From Candidatus Omnitrophota bacterium (lineage in GTDB: Bacteria; Omnitrophota; Gorgyraeia; Gygaellales; Profunditerraquicolaceae): DNA of 64,000 nucleotides. The stretch is taken from NCBI GenBank assembly GCA_022710715.1, contig JAKLGJ010000002.1, forward strand, positions 81,977 to 145,976, written 5' to 3'. Under the pieces are notes generated by a model, which was given only the letters and a program-made list of their open reading frames with translations, made no database searches and was not told the origin of the DNA. The position numbers and the translations under genes were made by a program. Positions 44,968 through 54,273 of this stretch are shown here, one piece after another. The stretch's first letter is position 1. Each line of letters opens with the position of its first letter.

Positions 44968-45768
44968 CTAGCGCTGGCAGCTGGGGCAAAAATAGGTCCC
45001 GCGCCCGCCTAAAGCCACGCGTTTGATAGGTGTTTTGCAGATAAAACACGGCTTATGTTCACGGCCATACACCTTGTGCTGACTGACGTATTCGCCGGGT
45101 TTTCCCGTAAGCCGGACATAATCATCAACGGACGACCCGCCGTAGTTGACGGCGTCATTGAGCACATCGCGCAGCGCCAGATAAAGTTTCTCTTGTTCCG
45201 CAGCTGTCAGGCTCTGCGCCGGCCGCTCTGGATATATTTTAGCACGAAATAAACATTCTGCAGCATAAAGATTTCCAACACCGGAAATCACGGTTTGATC
45301 CATCAAAAGAGGCTTAATCCGGGTTTTCCTGGTTGCCAGAAGAGCTTTAAATTCTTCCAGGGATAACTGTCCCGGTTCCGGGCCGAGCCCCTGGATAAAA
45401 GGCAAACTGCGCCAATCCTCCATCAGGCGCAGTTCGGCAAAGAGACGCTGATCATTGAAATCCATGGCCGTGCCATCGCTGAATATGAAGCGCACCCGGC
45501 TTTTTGCCCCGTTGCCGGGATAGAGCAGTTGTCCGGTCATTTTCAAATGGATGACCAGGGATTTTCCGCTGGATAAACCGATAATCAGCACTTTGGCTTT
45601 ACGCTGAACGCCGGTGATCGTGGTCGCCTCCAGCCCTTTTTTGAACGCCGCCGGCGCAGGCTGACGGATTACCCGCGGATGGGCAATACGCACTTCCACG
45701 ATGGTCTTGCCTTTCACCGCCCGCTCCAGCTCGCGCTTGAGCGTTTCGACTTCCGGTAATTCAGGCAT
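44968..45768 (-). CDS. mutM: formamidopyrimidine-DNA glycosylase
   Basis: N-terminal MPELPEVE (catalytic Pro2/Glu3), H2TH domain, C-terminal zinc finger CxxC...CxxC (CFICKTP...YFCPSCQ). Confidence 0.93.
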   Translation of the reverse strand: MPELPEVETLKRELERAVKGKTIVEVRIAHPRVIRQPAPAAFKKGLEATTITGVQRKAKVLIIGLSSGKSLVIHLKMTGQLLYPGNGAKSRVRFIFSDGTAMDFNDQRLFAELRLMEDWRSLPFIQGLGPEPGQLSLEEFKALLATRKTRIKPLLMDQTVISGVGNLYAAECLFRAKIYPERPAQSLTAAEQEKLYLALRDVLNDAVNYGGSSVDDYVRLTGKPGEYVSQHKVYGREHKPCFICKTPIKRVALGGRGTYFCPSCQR

Positions 45769-45770
45769 GT

Positions 45771-46166
45771 CTATTTTCCTATGATGGTGATCCAGACCTG
45801 CCGCGAACGCGGCCCGTCGTTCTCGCAGAAATAAATCCCCTGCCAGGTCCCCAGCATAAGCTTGCCGCCTTCCAGTATCACCGATAGAGACGGACCGAAC
45901 AGGGAAGCTTTGATATGGCTGTCGGAATTGCCTTCACTGTGGGTATACCCGGCGTCGGGAGGGATCAGCTTGGAAAGGGAGGTCGTAATATCTTTGCGCA
46001 CTGCGGGATCGGCATTTTCATTGATAGTCAAGCCGGCAGTGGTATGCGGGCAGAAAAGACAACAGATCCCGTCCTGCGTTTTCTGTCGGGAAAGCGCATC
46101 CTGGATCTGATCGGTAATGTCGATCAGGTCCACGCGCCTGGTGGATGTGATACTGATACGCTCCAT
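45771..46166 (-). CDS. yjbQ: YjbQ/UPF0047-family protein (secondary thiamine-phosphate synthase-like)
   Basis: ~130-aa protein with the conserved HTTAGLTINEN and H.K.SL..PSL blocks of the YjbQ family. Confidence 0.75.
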   Translation of the reverse strand: MERISITSTRRVDLIDITDQIQDALSRQKTQDGICCLFCPHTTAGLTINENADPAVRKDITTSLSKLIPPDAGYTHSEGNSDSHIKASLFGPSLSVILEGGKLMLGTWQGIYFCENDGPRSRQVWITIIGK

Positions 46167-46178
46167 GACAACCCCAGC

Positions 46179-49100
46179 CTATGCTTTTGCCTTTGAGCTC
46201 TTGTATTTCGCCTTTTTGTGGTACTCCTGCAAAGACTGCACTTCCAGGTCTTTTTTTACCAGCGCTTCGATGCCGCTGACTGTCGCCTGGGCGCCGGAAA
46301 TCGTGGTCGTATAAGGAATAGTGTACAGGATCACATGGGAACGGATCTTGATCTCATCCTGGCGCGGTATGCGGCCGGAAGGGGTATTGATCACCATCTG
46401 TATCTTGCCGTCTTTCATCAGGTCGATCACATTGGGGCGGCCTTCGGCTACCTTGGGTAATACTTTGACCGGAATATCGTTTTTCTCCAGAGCAGCCGCG
46501 GTGCCGGCAGTGGCCAGCAGATGGAACCCCAGGTCGTGCAGCTTTTTGGCAATAAACACAATGGCGCGCTTATCCCGGTCCCTGACCGAGATGAAAACAT
46601 TCCCCTTTTTGGGAAGATTTTGTCCGGCAGCCAACTGGCTTTTGATAAAAGCCCGGGCAAAATCCTTGTCCAGCCCCATGACTTCGCCGGTGGATTTCAT
46701 TTCCGGTCCGAGGATCACATCGACTCCCGGGAAACGATTGAAAGGGAATACCGACTCCTTGACCGCGACATGCTCGGGAATAATTTCTTCGGTAAATCCC
46801 AGGTCTTTGAGCTTTTTCCCCAGCATGATCTTGGTGGCCAGTTTAGCCAGCTGCACGCCGATCACTTTCGAAACAAAGGGGACGGTCCGCGAAGCGCGGG
46901 GATTCACTTCCAGCACATACACCCGGTCATCCTTGATCGCGAACTGGATATTCATCAATCCCAGTATGTTGAGCTCTTTGGCCATTTTGTAAGCGGCATC
47001 GCGGATCTTGGCCAGCAGCTCCTGCGACAGCGTGAAGGTCGGCAGCACCATGGCCGAATCCCCGGAATGGATCCCGGCTTCTTCGATATGCTCAAGTATG
47101 CCGCCGATACAAAAAGTGGTCCCGTCGCCGATCAAATCCACATCCACTTCAATCGCGTCTTCCAGGAATTTATCGATCAGCACCGGATGCTCGCCCGATA
47201 CTTTCGCCGCTTCCGCCACGAATTTCTCCAGGCTGCTTTCGTCATACACGATCTCCATCGCCCGGCCGCCCAGGACATACGAAGGCCGCACCAGCACCGG
47301 ATACCCGATGCGCTGCGCGACTTTCTTGGCCTCTTCATACTCGAAGGCGGTGCCGTTCTCCGGCTGCAGCAGATTCAGCTTATGCAGCATCTGCTGGAAC
47401 CGCTTGCGGTCTTCGGCGACATCGATACTGTCCGCGCTGGTTCCCAGGATATTCACCCCGGCCTTGCGCAACGCCACTGCCAGGTTCAGGGGCGTCTGCC
47501 CCCCGAATTGCACGATCACGCCCATGGGCTTTTCCAGCTCGATGATATTCAGGATATCCTCGATAGTCAGCGGCTCGAAATACAATCTGTCGGAAGTATC
47601 GTAATCCGTGGAAACCGTCTCCGGGTTGCAATTGATCATCACGCTCTCCACGCCTTCTTCTTTCAGCGCGTACGCGGCATGGCAGCAGCAATAATCGAAT
47701 TCGATCCCCTGACCGATGCGATTGGGCCCGCCGCCGAGAATGATCACTTTCTTGTTCTTGCTCGGACGGCCCTCCTCCTGCGTCTCGAAAGTGGAATAGA
47801 AATAGGGGCGCTGCGCGTTGAATTCTCCGGCGCAGGTATCCACCGGCTTGTACACGGCTTTCACTGTTTGTTTCTTGCGGTGTTCTCTCACTTTATCCTC
47901 ACTCACATTGAGCAGATACGCGATCTGCCGGTCGGAAAACCCGTCTTTTTTTGCCTGCGACAACAGCTCCGCAGGGAGGCGGATCTCTCCATGCGCGTCT
48001 TCGAGGCGATACGTCTTGATCCTGTCCTCCGTCTCCACCAGTTGCTGCATGTTGTCCAGGAACCAGCGATCCACCCGGGACAATTCATAGATATCGTTAA
48101 TGGTCAACCCGATCTTCAAAGCATAGCGCAGATAGAAAATGCGCTCGTCGTTGGGAACGCTGATTTTATCTTTAATCAGCTTGATCAACTCCGCCGTCGG
48201 GTTCTTAAGCATTTCATCCGTGATCTTGTCTTTCCCGTCCGCGCCGAAACCATAGCGGGAGATCTCGGTGGAACGGATCCCTTTTTGCAGGGCTTCTTTG
48301 AAATTCCTGCCGATGGACATCGCTTCTCCCACCGCTTTCATCGACGTGTTCAGCGTCCGGTCGGCCAGAGCGAATTTCTCGAAGGTAAACCGGCAGATTT
48401 TGAATACGCAATAATCGACCGTCGGCTCGAAAAATGCCGTGGTCTTTCCGGTCACCTGGTTAATGACCTCCGGAAGGGTATAGCCGACCGCCAGCTTGGT
48501 CGAAACCCGGGCGATGGGAAACCCGGTGGCCTTTGAGGCGAGCGCGGATGAGCGCGACAGGCGCGGGTTAACCTCGATGATCACGATATGGCCGTCGACG
48601 GGATTCTGTCCGAACTGGATATTCACGCCTCCGCCGGTAACCCCGACGCGGCGGATGATCCTGTGGCAGAGGTTCACGAAATTCCTGTATTCCTCGGCGG
48701 TTAATGTCTGCGCCGGCGCTACCACCATGCTGTCCCCCGTATGCACGCCCATGGGATCGACATTTTCCATCGAGGTAACAATGATCACATTGTCCGCGCA
48801 ATCGCGGATCACTTCGAACTCGATCTCCTTCCAGCCCAGGACCGATTGTTCCACCAGCACCTGATGCACCGGGCTGGTCTCCAGTCCTTTATATAAGAAT
48901 TTCTCCAGCTCTTCCTTGTTATACACGATGGAACCGCCCGCGCCGCCCAGACAATACGCCGGACGCAGGATCAGCGGAAAGCCGATGCCCAGGCCGATCT
49001 TCATGCCTGCTTCCACGGAATTGGCAATGCCGCTTTTGGGCACATCCACGCCGATTTCCTGCATCGCTTTCTTGAAAAGCAGCCGGTCCTCCGCGCAGGA

Positions 49101-49469
49101 GATCGCGGTAACCGAAGCGCCGATGGATTCCACCCCGTATTTTTTCAATACGCCCTGCTTCATCAGAAAAAATGCCAGGTTCAGACCCGTTTGTCCGCCG
49201 AGGGTCGGCAGAATGGCGTCCGGCCGCTCTTTGGCGATGATTTGAGTGACGATGTCGATGCTCAACGGTTCGATATAGGTGACATTGGCCATGTTGGGAT
49301 CGGTCATGATCGTGGCGGGGTTGGAGTTGACCAGAATGGTATAATATCCCTCTTCGCGCAGGGCCTTGCAGGCTTGAGAACCGGAATAATCGAATTCGCA
49401 CGCCTGACCGATCACGATCGGCCCCGAGCCGATCATAAGAATTTTCTTCAAATCTCTGCGACGAGGCAT
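46179..49469 (-). CDS. carB: carbamoyl-phosphate synthase large subunit
   Basis: Two tandem ATP-grasp carboxyphosphate/carbamate domains, oligomerisation domain and MGS-like C-terminal domain; 1096 aa. Confidence 0.95.
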   Translation of the reverse strand: MPRRRDLKKILMIGSGPIVIGQACEFDYSGSQACKALREEGYYTILVNSNPATIMTDPNMANVTYIEPLSIDIVTQIIAKERPDAILPTLGGQTGLNLAFFLMKQGVLKKYGVESIGASVTAISCAEDRLLFKKAMQEIGVDVPKSGIANSVEAGMKIGLGIGFPLILRPAYCLGGAGGSIVYNKEELEKFLYKGLETSPVHQVLVEQSVLGWKEIEFEVIRDCADNVIIVTSMENVDPMGVHTGDSMVVAPAQTLTAEEYRNFVNLCHRIIRRVGVTGGGVNIQFGQNPVDGHIVIIEVNPRLSRSSALASKATGFPIARVSTKLAVGYTLPEVINQVTGKTTAFFEPTVDYCVFKICRFTFEKFALADRTLNTSMKAVGEAMSIGRNFKEALQKGIRSTEISRYGFGADGKDKITDEMLKNPTAELIKLIKDKISVPNDERIFYLRYALKIGLTINDIYELSRVDRWFLDNMQQLVETEDRIKTYRLEDAHGEIRLPAELLSQAKKDGFSDRQIAYLLNVSEDKVREHRKKQTVKAVYKPVDTCAGEFNAQRPYFYSTFETQEEGRPSKNKKVIILGGGPNRIGQGIEFDYCCCHAAYALKEEGVESVMINCNPETVSTDYDTSDRLYFEPLTIEDILNIIELEKPMGVIVQFGGQTPLNLAVALRKAGVNILGTSADSIDVAEDRKRFQQMLHKLNLLQPENGTAFEYEEAKKVAQRIGYPVLVRPSYVLGGRAMEIVYDESSLEKFVAEAAKVSGEHPVLIDKFLEDAIEVDVDLIGDGTTFCIGGILEHIEEAGIHSGDSAMVLPTFTLSQELLAKIRDAAYKMAKELNILGLMNIQFAIKDDRVYVLEVNPRASRTVPFVSKVIGVQLAKLATKIMLGKKLKDLGFTEEIIPEHVAVKESVFPFNRFPGVDVILGPEMKSTGEVMGLDKDFARAFIKSQLAAGQNLPKKGNVFISVRDRDKRAIVFIAKKLHDLGFHLLATAGTAAALEKNDIPVKVLPKVAEGRPNVIDLMKDGKIQMVINTPSGRIPRQDEIKIRSHVILYTIPYTTTISGAQATVSGIEALVKKDLEVQSLQEYHKKAKYKSSKAKA

Positions 49470-50560
49470 CAGCGACTCCTTTCCATCATGTTCTTAAATG
49501 CGGCGAATACGGGATGAACCTCATCGAACCCCGGGCTGGCCGGATCGAACTGCACCCCCAGGCATTGTAAATTCTTACTCTCGATTTTCTCGACCGTCCG
49601 GTCATTCAGGTTGTAGCCGGTAATCTTGAGCCCTTTGACTTTAGCCAGCGAATCCGCATCCACCGTCAGAGAATGATTCTGGACGGTGATCTCGCTTTTC
49701 AGAGACGGCGGCAGACTCATGGGATAATTCACCCCGTGATGGCCAAGGCGCATTTTGACGACTTTCCCTCCCAGGGCGCGGCAAAGAACCTGATGCCCTG
49801 CGGCAATACCCAGAAGCGGGAGCTTGCCGATAAGCGGCTTGATGTTCTCCGCCACCACGCCCATACCCACATCCTCTTCCGGACCGCTTGAAAGAATCAA
49901 CCCCTGCGGTTTGGTTTTGAGGATTTCCGCCGCTGAAACATCGTAGGGGAAAAGCGTTATACCGAACCCGCTGGCCGTCAATTGTCGTAACAGGCTGCGG
50001 GTAATGCCGAGATCCAAAACGGCGACTTTCTTTTTCGCCCGGGCTTTCTTTTCCATCGCGGTCACGGTCTTAACCGAAATCTCCGGTAGCATGCTGATGG
50101 CCGGCTTGTTCCTGAAAGCGTCGAGCTTGGCCTGCAGCTCCTTGACCTGGCCGCAGTCCGAGGAAATGATCCCCAGCATCTCGCCTTTGGAACGCAGATG
50201 CACTGCCAGCGTACGCGTATCCACGTCCGACAAAACCATCAGGTTCTGCGCTTTGACAAACGCTTCCAGGCTGCCGGTAGCCTGCCAGTTGGAATAGATC
50301 CGTGAATGCTCTTTAATGATCAGGCCGGATGTCCAGATTGTATCGCTTTCATTGAACTTGTCGGCAACGCCGTAATTACCGATCAAAGGATAGGTCAACA
50401 CCAGGATTTTTCCTGCGTTGGCCGGATCGGTCAACATTTCCTGATAACCGACCACAGCGGTATTCAAAGCAAGCTTTCCGATGCGCTCCCCGACAGCTCC
50501 AAAAGCCTGCCCGCTGAAAGAGTGGCCGTCCTCCAGCATAATCATTGCCTTCATTATCAC
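49469..50560 (-). CDS. carA: carbamoyl-phosphate synthase small subunit (glutamine amidotransferase)
   Basis: N-terminal CPSase-sm domain (LEDGHSFSG) and class I GATase triad (GIAAGHQ...). The true start may be the third Met (MKAMIMLEDG). Confidence 0.93.
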   Translation of the reverse strand: MIMKAMIMLEDGHSFSGQAFGAVGERIGKLALNTAVVGYQEMLTDPANAGKILVLTYPLIGNYGVADKFNESDTIWTSGLIIKEHSRIYSNWQATGSLEAFVKAQNLMVLSDVDTRTLAVHLRSKGEMLGIISSDCGQVKELQAKLDAFRNKPAISMLPEISVKTVTAMEKKARAKKKVAVLDLGITRSLLRQLTASGFGITLFPYDVSAAEILKTKPQGLILSSGPEEDVGMGVVAENIKPLIGKLPLLGIAAGHQVLCRALGGKVVKMRLGHHGVNYPMSLPPSLKSEITVQNHSLTVDADSLAKVKGLKITGYNLNDRTVEKIESKNLQCLGVQFDPASPGFDEVHPVFAAFKNMMERSR

Positions 50561-51036
50561 TCCTTTGTGATGTGTGCGCGTAAAGATACCATGATCCGCT
50601 TAACCCTGGCTACCGCCTCTTCAACCGTTCGCACCTGAATAACGCCTGGAATTTTCCAGGATTGCAAACTGATCACAGGAATACCGAACTGCAAGCAATA
50701 AGCGATCTCGGAAAGGGTGCCGGCCTGGCCGGGAAGAGCGACTACAACATCCGCTGTTTTAACCACCAGCACATTTCTCGCCAGCCCCATCCCGGTAGGA
50801 ATAACGATATCAACATACTGATTGGCTTCTTTTTTGTCATAACCGGGAAGAATACCAATTGTCGTTCCGCCCCCTTGTTTGAAACCCTGACTAACCGCCT
50901 TCATGGCTCCACTTAATCCGCCACAAACCATATAATCAACCACTTTTGCCAAACTTTTGGCTAATTTTATGGCTTGTTCCTCCACTTTTGTCTCAACGAC
51001 TCTCCCACCTATAATTCCTACTACTGTTTTGCGCAT
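50557..51036 (-). CDS. TIGR00725/LOG-like Rossmann-fold protein
   Basis: GIIGG...VVCGGLSGAMKAVSQG...PGQAGTLSE pattern of the LOG/SLOG (lysine-decarboxylase-like) fold; 159 aa. Confidence 0.6.
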   Translation of the reverse strand: MRKTVVGIIGGRVVETKVEEQAIKLAKSLAKVVDYMVCGGLSGAMKAVSQGFKQGGGTTIGILPGYDKKEANQYVDIVIPTGMGLARNVLVVKTADVVVALPGQAGTLSEIAYCLQFGIPVISLQSWKIPGVIQVRTVEEAVARVKRIMVSLRAHITKE

Positions 51037-51095
51037 GGAATTGGTAAGATACTGCGGAATAAGCGGTTAGATTAAACGGAATTGCTTAAATTAAA

Positions 51096-51167
51096 TGCGC
51101 CTGACAGGAGTCGAACCTGTACCACCAGCTCCGGAGGCTAGTGCGCTATCCATTGCGCTACAGGCGC
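51096..51167 (-). tRNA. tRNA-Arg (anticodon CCG)
   Basis: Minus strand: GCGCCTG TA GCGC AATGGATA GCGC A CTAGC CTCCGGA GCTGG TGGT ACAGG TTCGACT CCTGT CAGGCGC A. Confidence 0.85.
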
Positions 51168-51265
51168 GTAATTTACTTAGTGCGGCAGTGTCCCCGATGG
51201 TTTGATTTGCCGAACACAGTGAGGCAAATCAGTCGGGGGCAGGCGCGTAATTTACTTAGTGCGGC
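51161..51265. repeat. 26-nt direct repeat (51161..51186 and 51240..51265) duplicating the 5' end of tRNA-Arg plus its 18-nt upstream leader
   Basis: CAGGCGCGTAATTTACTTAGTGCGGC occurs twice, 79 nt apart. The first copy includes the first 7 nt of the tRNA. A small hairpin (GATTTGCC...GGCAAATC) sits between the copies. Confidence 0.7.
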
Positions 51266-51278
51266 CGTATCCCGATCG

Positions 51279-52517
51279 CTAAAACAAGCTTAGTTGCTCT
51301 TCTGCGGCCTTATCCTTTTCTTCTTTGCCAAAGACCGAAATCACCCCATATTCACCGTCATACCCGGCTTTAGCCGTCACCTTGCCTTCGCGCATGCGCA
51401 AGACCCCTTCGGCGATCTTAGCCGGCAATCCTTTGTGCAGCTCTTCGCGCGAAGCGCGGATAAGAATATCGAATTCCGTCCCAAACTTTGCCACCTGGCT
51501 GAAATATTCTTTTTCCACTGCCACCGAATCCTTCTTTACGCCTTTTGCCTCTGCGATAATTTCCGGGAGAGGAACAAGATTTTTGAAGGGTATTGCATTT
51601 GCGGGCGTAAAGCCTTCCGGCCGGTCTGCCAGTTGTTCTACCCTGTTCATGACGCCGATGGTCAGCGGCTTCTTGCATTGCGGACAGATACCATTATACT
51701 TCTTTGTCTCCTGCGGCGCAAGACTTACTCCACACAGCCGGTGGCCGTCATAATGGTACTTCCCCTCTTCGGGAAAGAACTCTATGGTGTATAAGAACCG
51801 CCGCGTGTCTCTGGTCTTAAGCACATCGCGGATCGCCGCATAGCTTAACTCGCAGTCAAACACATTGGCTTCGCGGCCGATCTTGGCCGGACTATGACTG
51901 TCGGAATTGCTGATCAGGGTAAAGCGGTCCAGAGCCGAAAGCCGCCAGTTCATCGCCGGATCGCTGCTTAGCCCGGTTTCCAGGGCAAAGATCTTGCCGG
52001 TGTGTTTTTCAAAACAATCCTCGATCCGGTCAAACCCGGACATCGAGCCGAACAGGGAAAACCACGGCGTCCAGATATGCCCGGGGATAAGCATGCAATT
52101 CTCGTCAACGTCAAAGACGATCCGGGCCAGCTCGCTGGCATCCAGCCCCAGAACCGGTCGCCCGTCGCTGGCCAGGTTGCCGCGTCGACCCAGCGCATCA
52201 TTGATCGCGTCCACCGCTTTGAACGACGGGGCCACCAGCACATTATGGATGCGATAGGTCCGGTTGTTCTTGGAATAGATACTGCTCACCTCTGCGGTCA
52301 GGATAAAATGAACGTCTTTATGCTTGAAGAGGCCGTTGCCGGTATCCTGAAGATTCTTTTTGAGCTCCTCCAGCCAGAGATGGTGGGTAAAATCGCCCGT
52401 TCCCATCAGGGTAATGCCTTTAATCTTGGCCCAATGCGCAAGATGCGGCACATCCATATCGCGGGACGTCGCCCGCGAATATTTGGAATGGATATGAAAA
52501 TCGGCGATAAATTCCAC
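51279..52517 (-). CDS. endonuclease Q-like PHP-domain protein with C-terminal zinc ribbon
   Basis: Collinear with archaeal EndoQ: FIADFHIHSKYSRATS (vs DLHIHSHYSKAVS), TGDFTHHLWLEELKK, GRPVLGLDASELARI, NSDSHSPAKIGREANVF, CxxC...CPQC zinc finger; 412 aa. Confidence 0.7.
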   Translation of the reverse strand: MEFIADFHIHSKYSRATSRDMDVPHLAHWAKIKGITLMGTGDFTHHLWLEELKKNLQDTGNGLFKHKDVHFILTAEVSSIYSKNNRTYRIHNVLVAPSFKAVDAINDALGRRGNLASDGRPVLGLDASELARIVFDVDENCMLIPGHIWTPWFSLFGSMSGFDRIEDCFEKHTGKIFALETGLSSDPAMNWRLSALDRFTLISNSDSHSPAKIGREANVFDCELSYAAIRDVLKTRDTRRFLYTIEFFPEEGKYHYDGHRLCGVSLAPQETKKYNGICPQCKKPLTIGVMNRVEQLADRPEGFTPANAIPFKNLVPLPEIIAEAKGVKKDSVAVEKEYFSQVAKFGTEFDILIRASREELHKGLPAKIAEGVLRMREGKVTAKAGYDGEYGVISVFGKEEKDKAAEEQLSLF

Positions 52518-52538
52518 GGCTTCTCTCCCGCGTTCTTT

Positions 52539-52994
52539 TCAGTCCCCGGCTAATGCCCGGATCGCTGCGGCTACCGCGCCCCAGTGCGTGCCGCGCCAGT
52601 ACAGCCGGCCGCAAACCGGACAGGTAAAAAACGCTTCCTGCGTGCGCACTACGTAGTCCGGCACCCGGCTCTCGATAGTTTCTTTATCGATCCGCTGCAA
52701 AGCGACGTTGCAGAGGACGCATCGGCTGAACACCTGCTCGAGCGAAAGCTTGATTCCCAGCGCAGCGACGGTTTCCGAAAGCTGCTCTTGCACCCGCTCG
52801 CTCTTAAGCACCACGATGCGCACTCCCCGGCCGCAGGACAGATGGCGGTTGCGGGTGATCACGATGCGGTCAGCGCGTAATGCCTGGATGATAATCGCGC
52901 CGCGAGCTTCTTCGCAACTGTACAGTGCGTCGAATCCAAGGATGCGCAACCACGTGGCCAGTTTTCCCACTTCCCTGGTGAGCAGAAAACGCAT
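52539..52994 (-). CDS. Mut7-C RNase-domain (PIN-like, DUF82) protein with C-terminal zinc ribbon
   Basis: Start at internal Met MRFLLTRE; the upstream part of the track ORF overlaps pyrC out of frame. ~150 aa with FLLT..G.L...LR.LG.D and CxxC...CxxC (CVLCNV...CPVCG) typical of Mut7-C. Confidence 0.6.
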   Translation of the reverse strand: MRFLLTREVGKLATWLRILGFDALYSCEEARGAIIIQALRADRIVITRNRHLSCGRGVRIVVLKSERVQEQLSETVAALGIKLSLEQVFSRCVLCNVALQRIDKETIESRVPDYVVRTQEAFFTCPVCGRLYWRGTHWGAVAAAIRALAGD

Positions 52995-52998
52995 TCTC

Positions 52999-54273
52999 TT
53001 ACTGCCGGTACGCCACCTTGCCGTCGACAACGGTGTACATAACCCGGCCCTGCAGCCTCCACCCCACAAACGGGGTATTCCTGGATTTAGAGACACACTC
53101 TTCCTTGCGCACCACCCATTCCGCAGCAGGGTCGACGATGGTAATGTCCGCAGCCTTGCCCGGCCCCAGCGTTCCTTTGTCAATGCCCAGGATGCGCGCA
53201 GGATGCAGCGAAAGTTTTTTGACCAGATCGGACCATGACAGGTGGCCCGGCCGCACCAGCCAGGTAGCGGCAACGGCCAGTTCGGTTTCCAGACCGATGA
53301 TGCCGAATTCCGCGCGGTCAAATTCGATCTCTTTTTCGTTAATGGTATGCGGAGCGTGATCCGAAGCGATAGTATCGATCGTTCCTTTGATCAACCCCTG
53401 AATAACCGCATGCACGTCGCTTGCCCCGCGCAGTGGCGGATTCATCTTCATGTCCGCGTCATAATCCCGGACCGCTTCTTCGGTAAGAGTAAAATAGTGC
53501 GGCGCGGTTTCCGCAGTCACCCGCACGCCTTTTTTCTTGGCCCGGGCGATGATTTCCACCGATTCCGCGCAGCTCACATGACAGATATGCACCGGGCAGC
53601 GCGCTTTTTCCGCCAGCTGGATATCCCGCTGAATTCTTTTATATTCCGATTCCGCCGAGATGCCCCGCAGCCCCAGGCGGGTGGACATGGCGCCTAAATG
53701 CATCACCCCGCCGGCGCTTACATTCCTGTCTTCGCAATGCAGCAAAACGGCGAGTTTCTGCTCTTTGGCTTTACGCAATGCCCGGTCGAGAAGCGGCGCC
53801 GAATCCACCGCAGCGCCGTCATCGCTGATCGCCACAATCCCGGCGCGTTTAAGCCTGGCCAGATCCGTCAACTCCCGACCCTGCCTGGACCGGGAAATGC
53901 ATCCGGCGATAAGCACATGCGCCTGCGCGCTTTCCTTGATCCGCGCCTGCAGCAGCTGCACGCTTTCCGGCGTATCCATGGCGGGGTTGGTGTTGGGCAT
54001 AGCGACCAGCGTGGTTATTCCGCCCTTGACCGCCGCGCGGGTGCCGCTTTCCACGGTCTCTTTATCCTCCCGGCCCGGCTCGCGCAAATGCACATGCATA
54101 TCGATCAACCCGGGAAGCACCAGCCACCGCGCCGCGTCGATGATCTGATCTGCGCCACCGTTCAGATTCCTGCCGACCTTAACGATACGCCCCTGATCAA
54201 CCAGGACATCCCGCTCTTCATCCAGATTGTTCGCCGGATCGACCACCCGGCCGTTCTTAATCAGCAGTTTCAT
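52999..54273 (-). CDS. pyrC: dihydroorotase (class I, multifunctional-complex type)
   Basis: Start [13 protein letters not shown]. Metal-ligand HxH (DMHVHLREPG), carboxylated-Lys region and DHAPH block; 424 aa. Overlaps the pyrB stop. Confidence 0.92.
   Translation of the reverse strand: MKLLIKNGRVVDPANNLDEERDVLVDQGRIVKVGRNLNGGADQIIDAARWLVLPGLIDMHVHLREPGREDKETVESGTRAAVKGGITTLVAMPNTNPAMDTPESVQLLQARIKESAQAHVLIAGCISRSRQGRELTDLARLKRAGIVAISDDGAAVDSAPLLDRALRKAKEQKLAVLLHCEDRNVSAGGVMHLGAMSTRLGLRGISAESEYKRIQRDIQLAEKARCPVHICHVSCAESVEIIARAKKKGVRVTAETAPHYFTLTEEAVRDYDADMKMNPPLRGASDVHAVIQGLIKGTIDTIASDHAPHTINEKEIEFDRAEFGIIGLETELAVAATWLVRPGHLSWSDLVKKLSLHPARILGIDKGTLGPGKAADITIVDPAAEWVVRKEECVSKSRNTPFVGWRLQGRVMYTVVDGKVAYRQ

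Noticed and set aside
46521-48536. 671-aa plus-strand ORF
   Set aside because: Entirely antisense to carB, which has a near-certain identity. A high-GC shadow ORF.
52539-53321. 260-aa track ORF
   Set aside because: The N-terminal ~109 codons overlap the pyrC coding region out of frame. The real Mut7-C-like gene starts at the Met at 52994.
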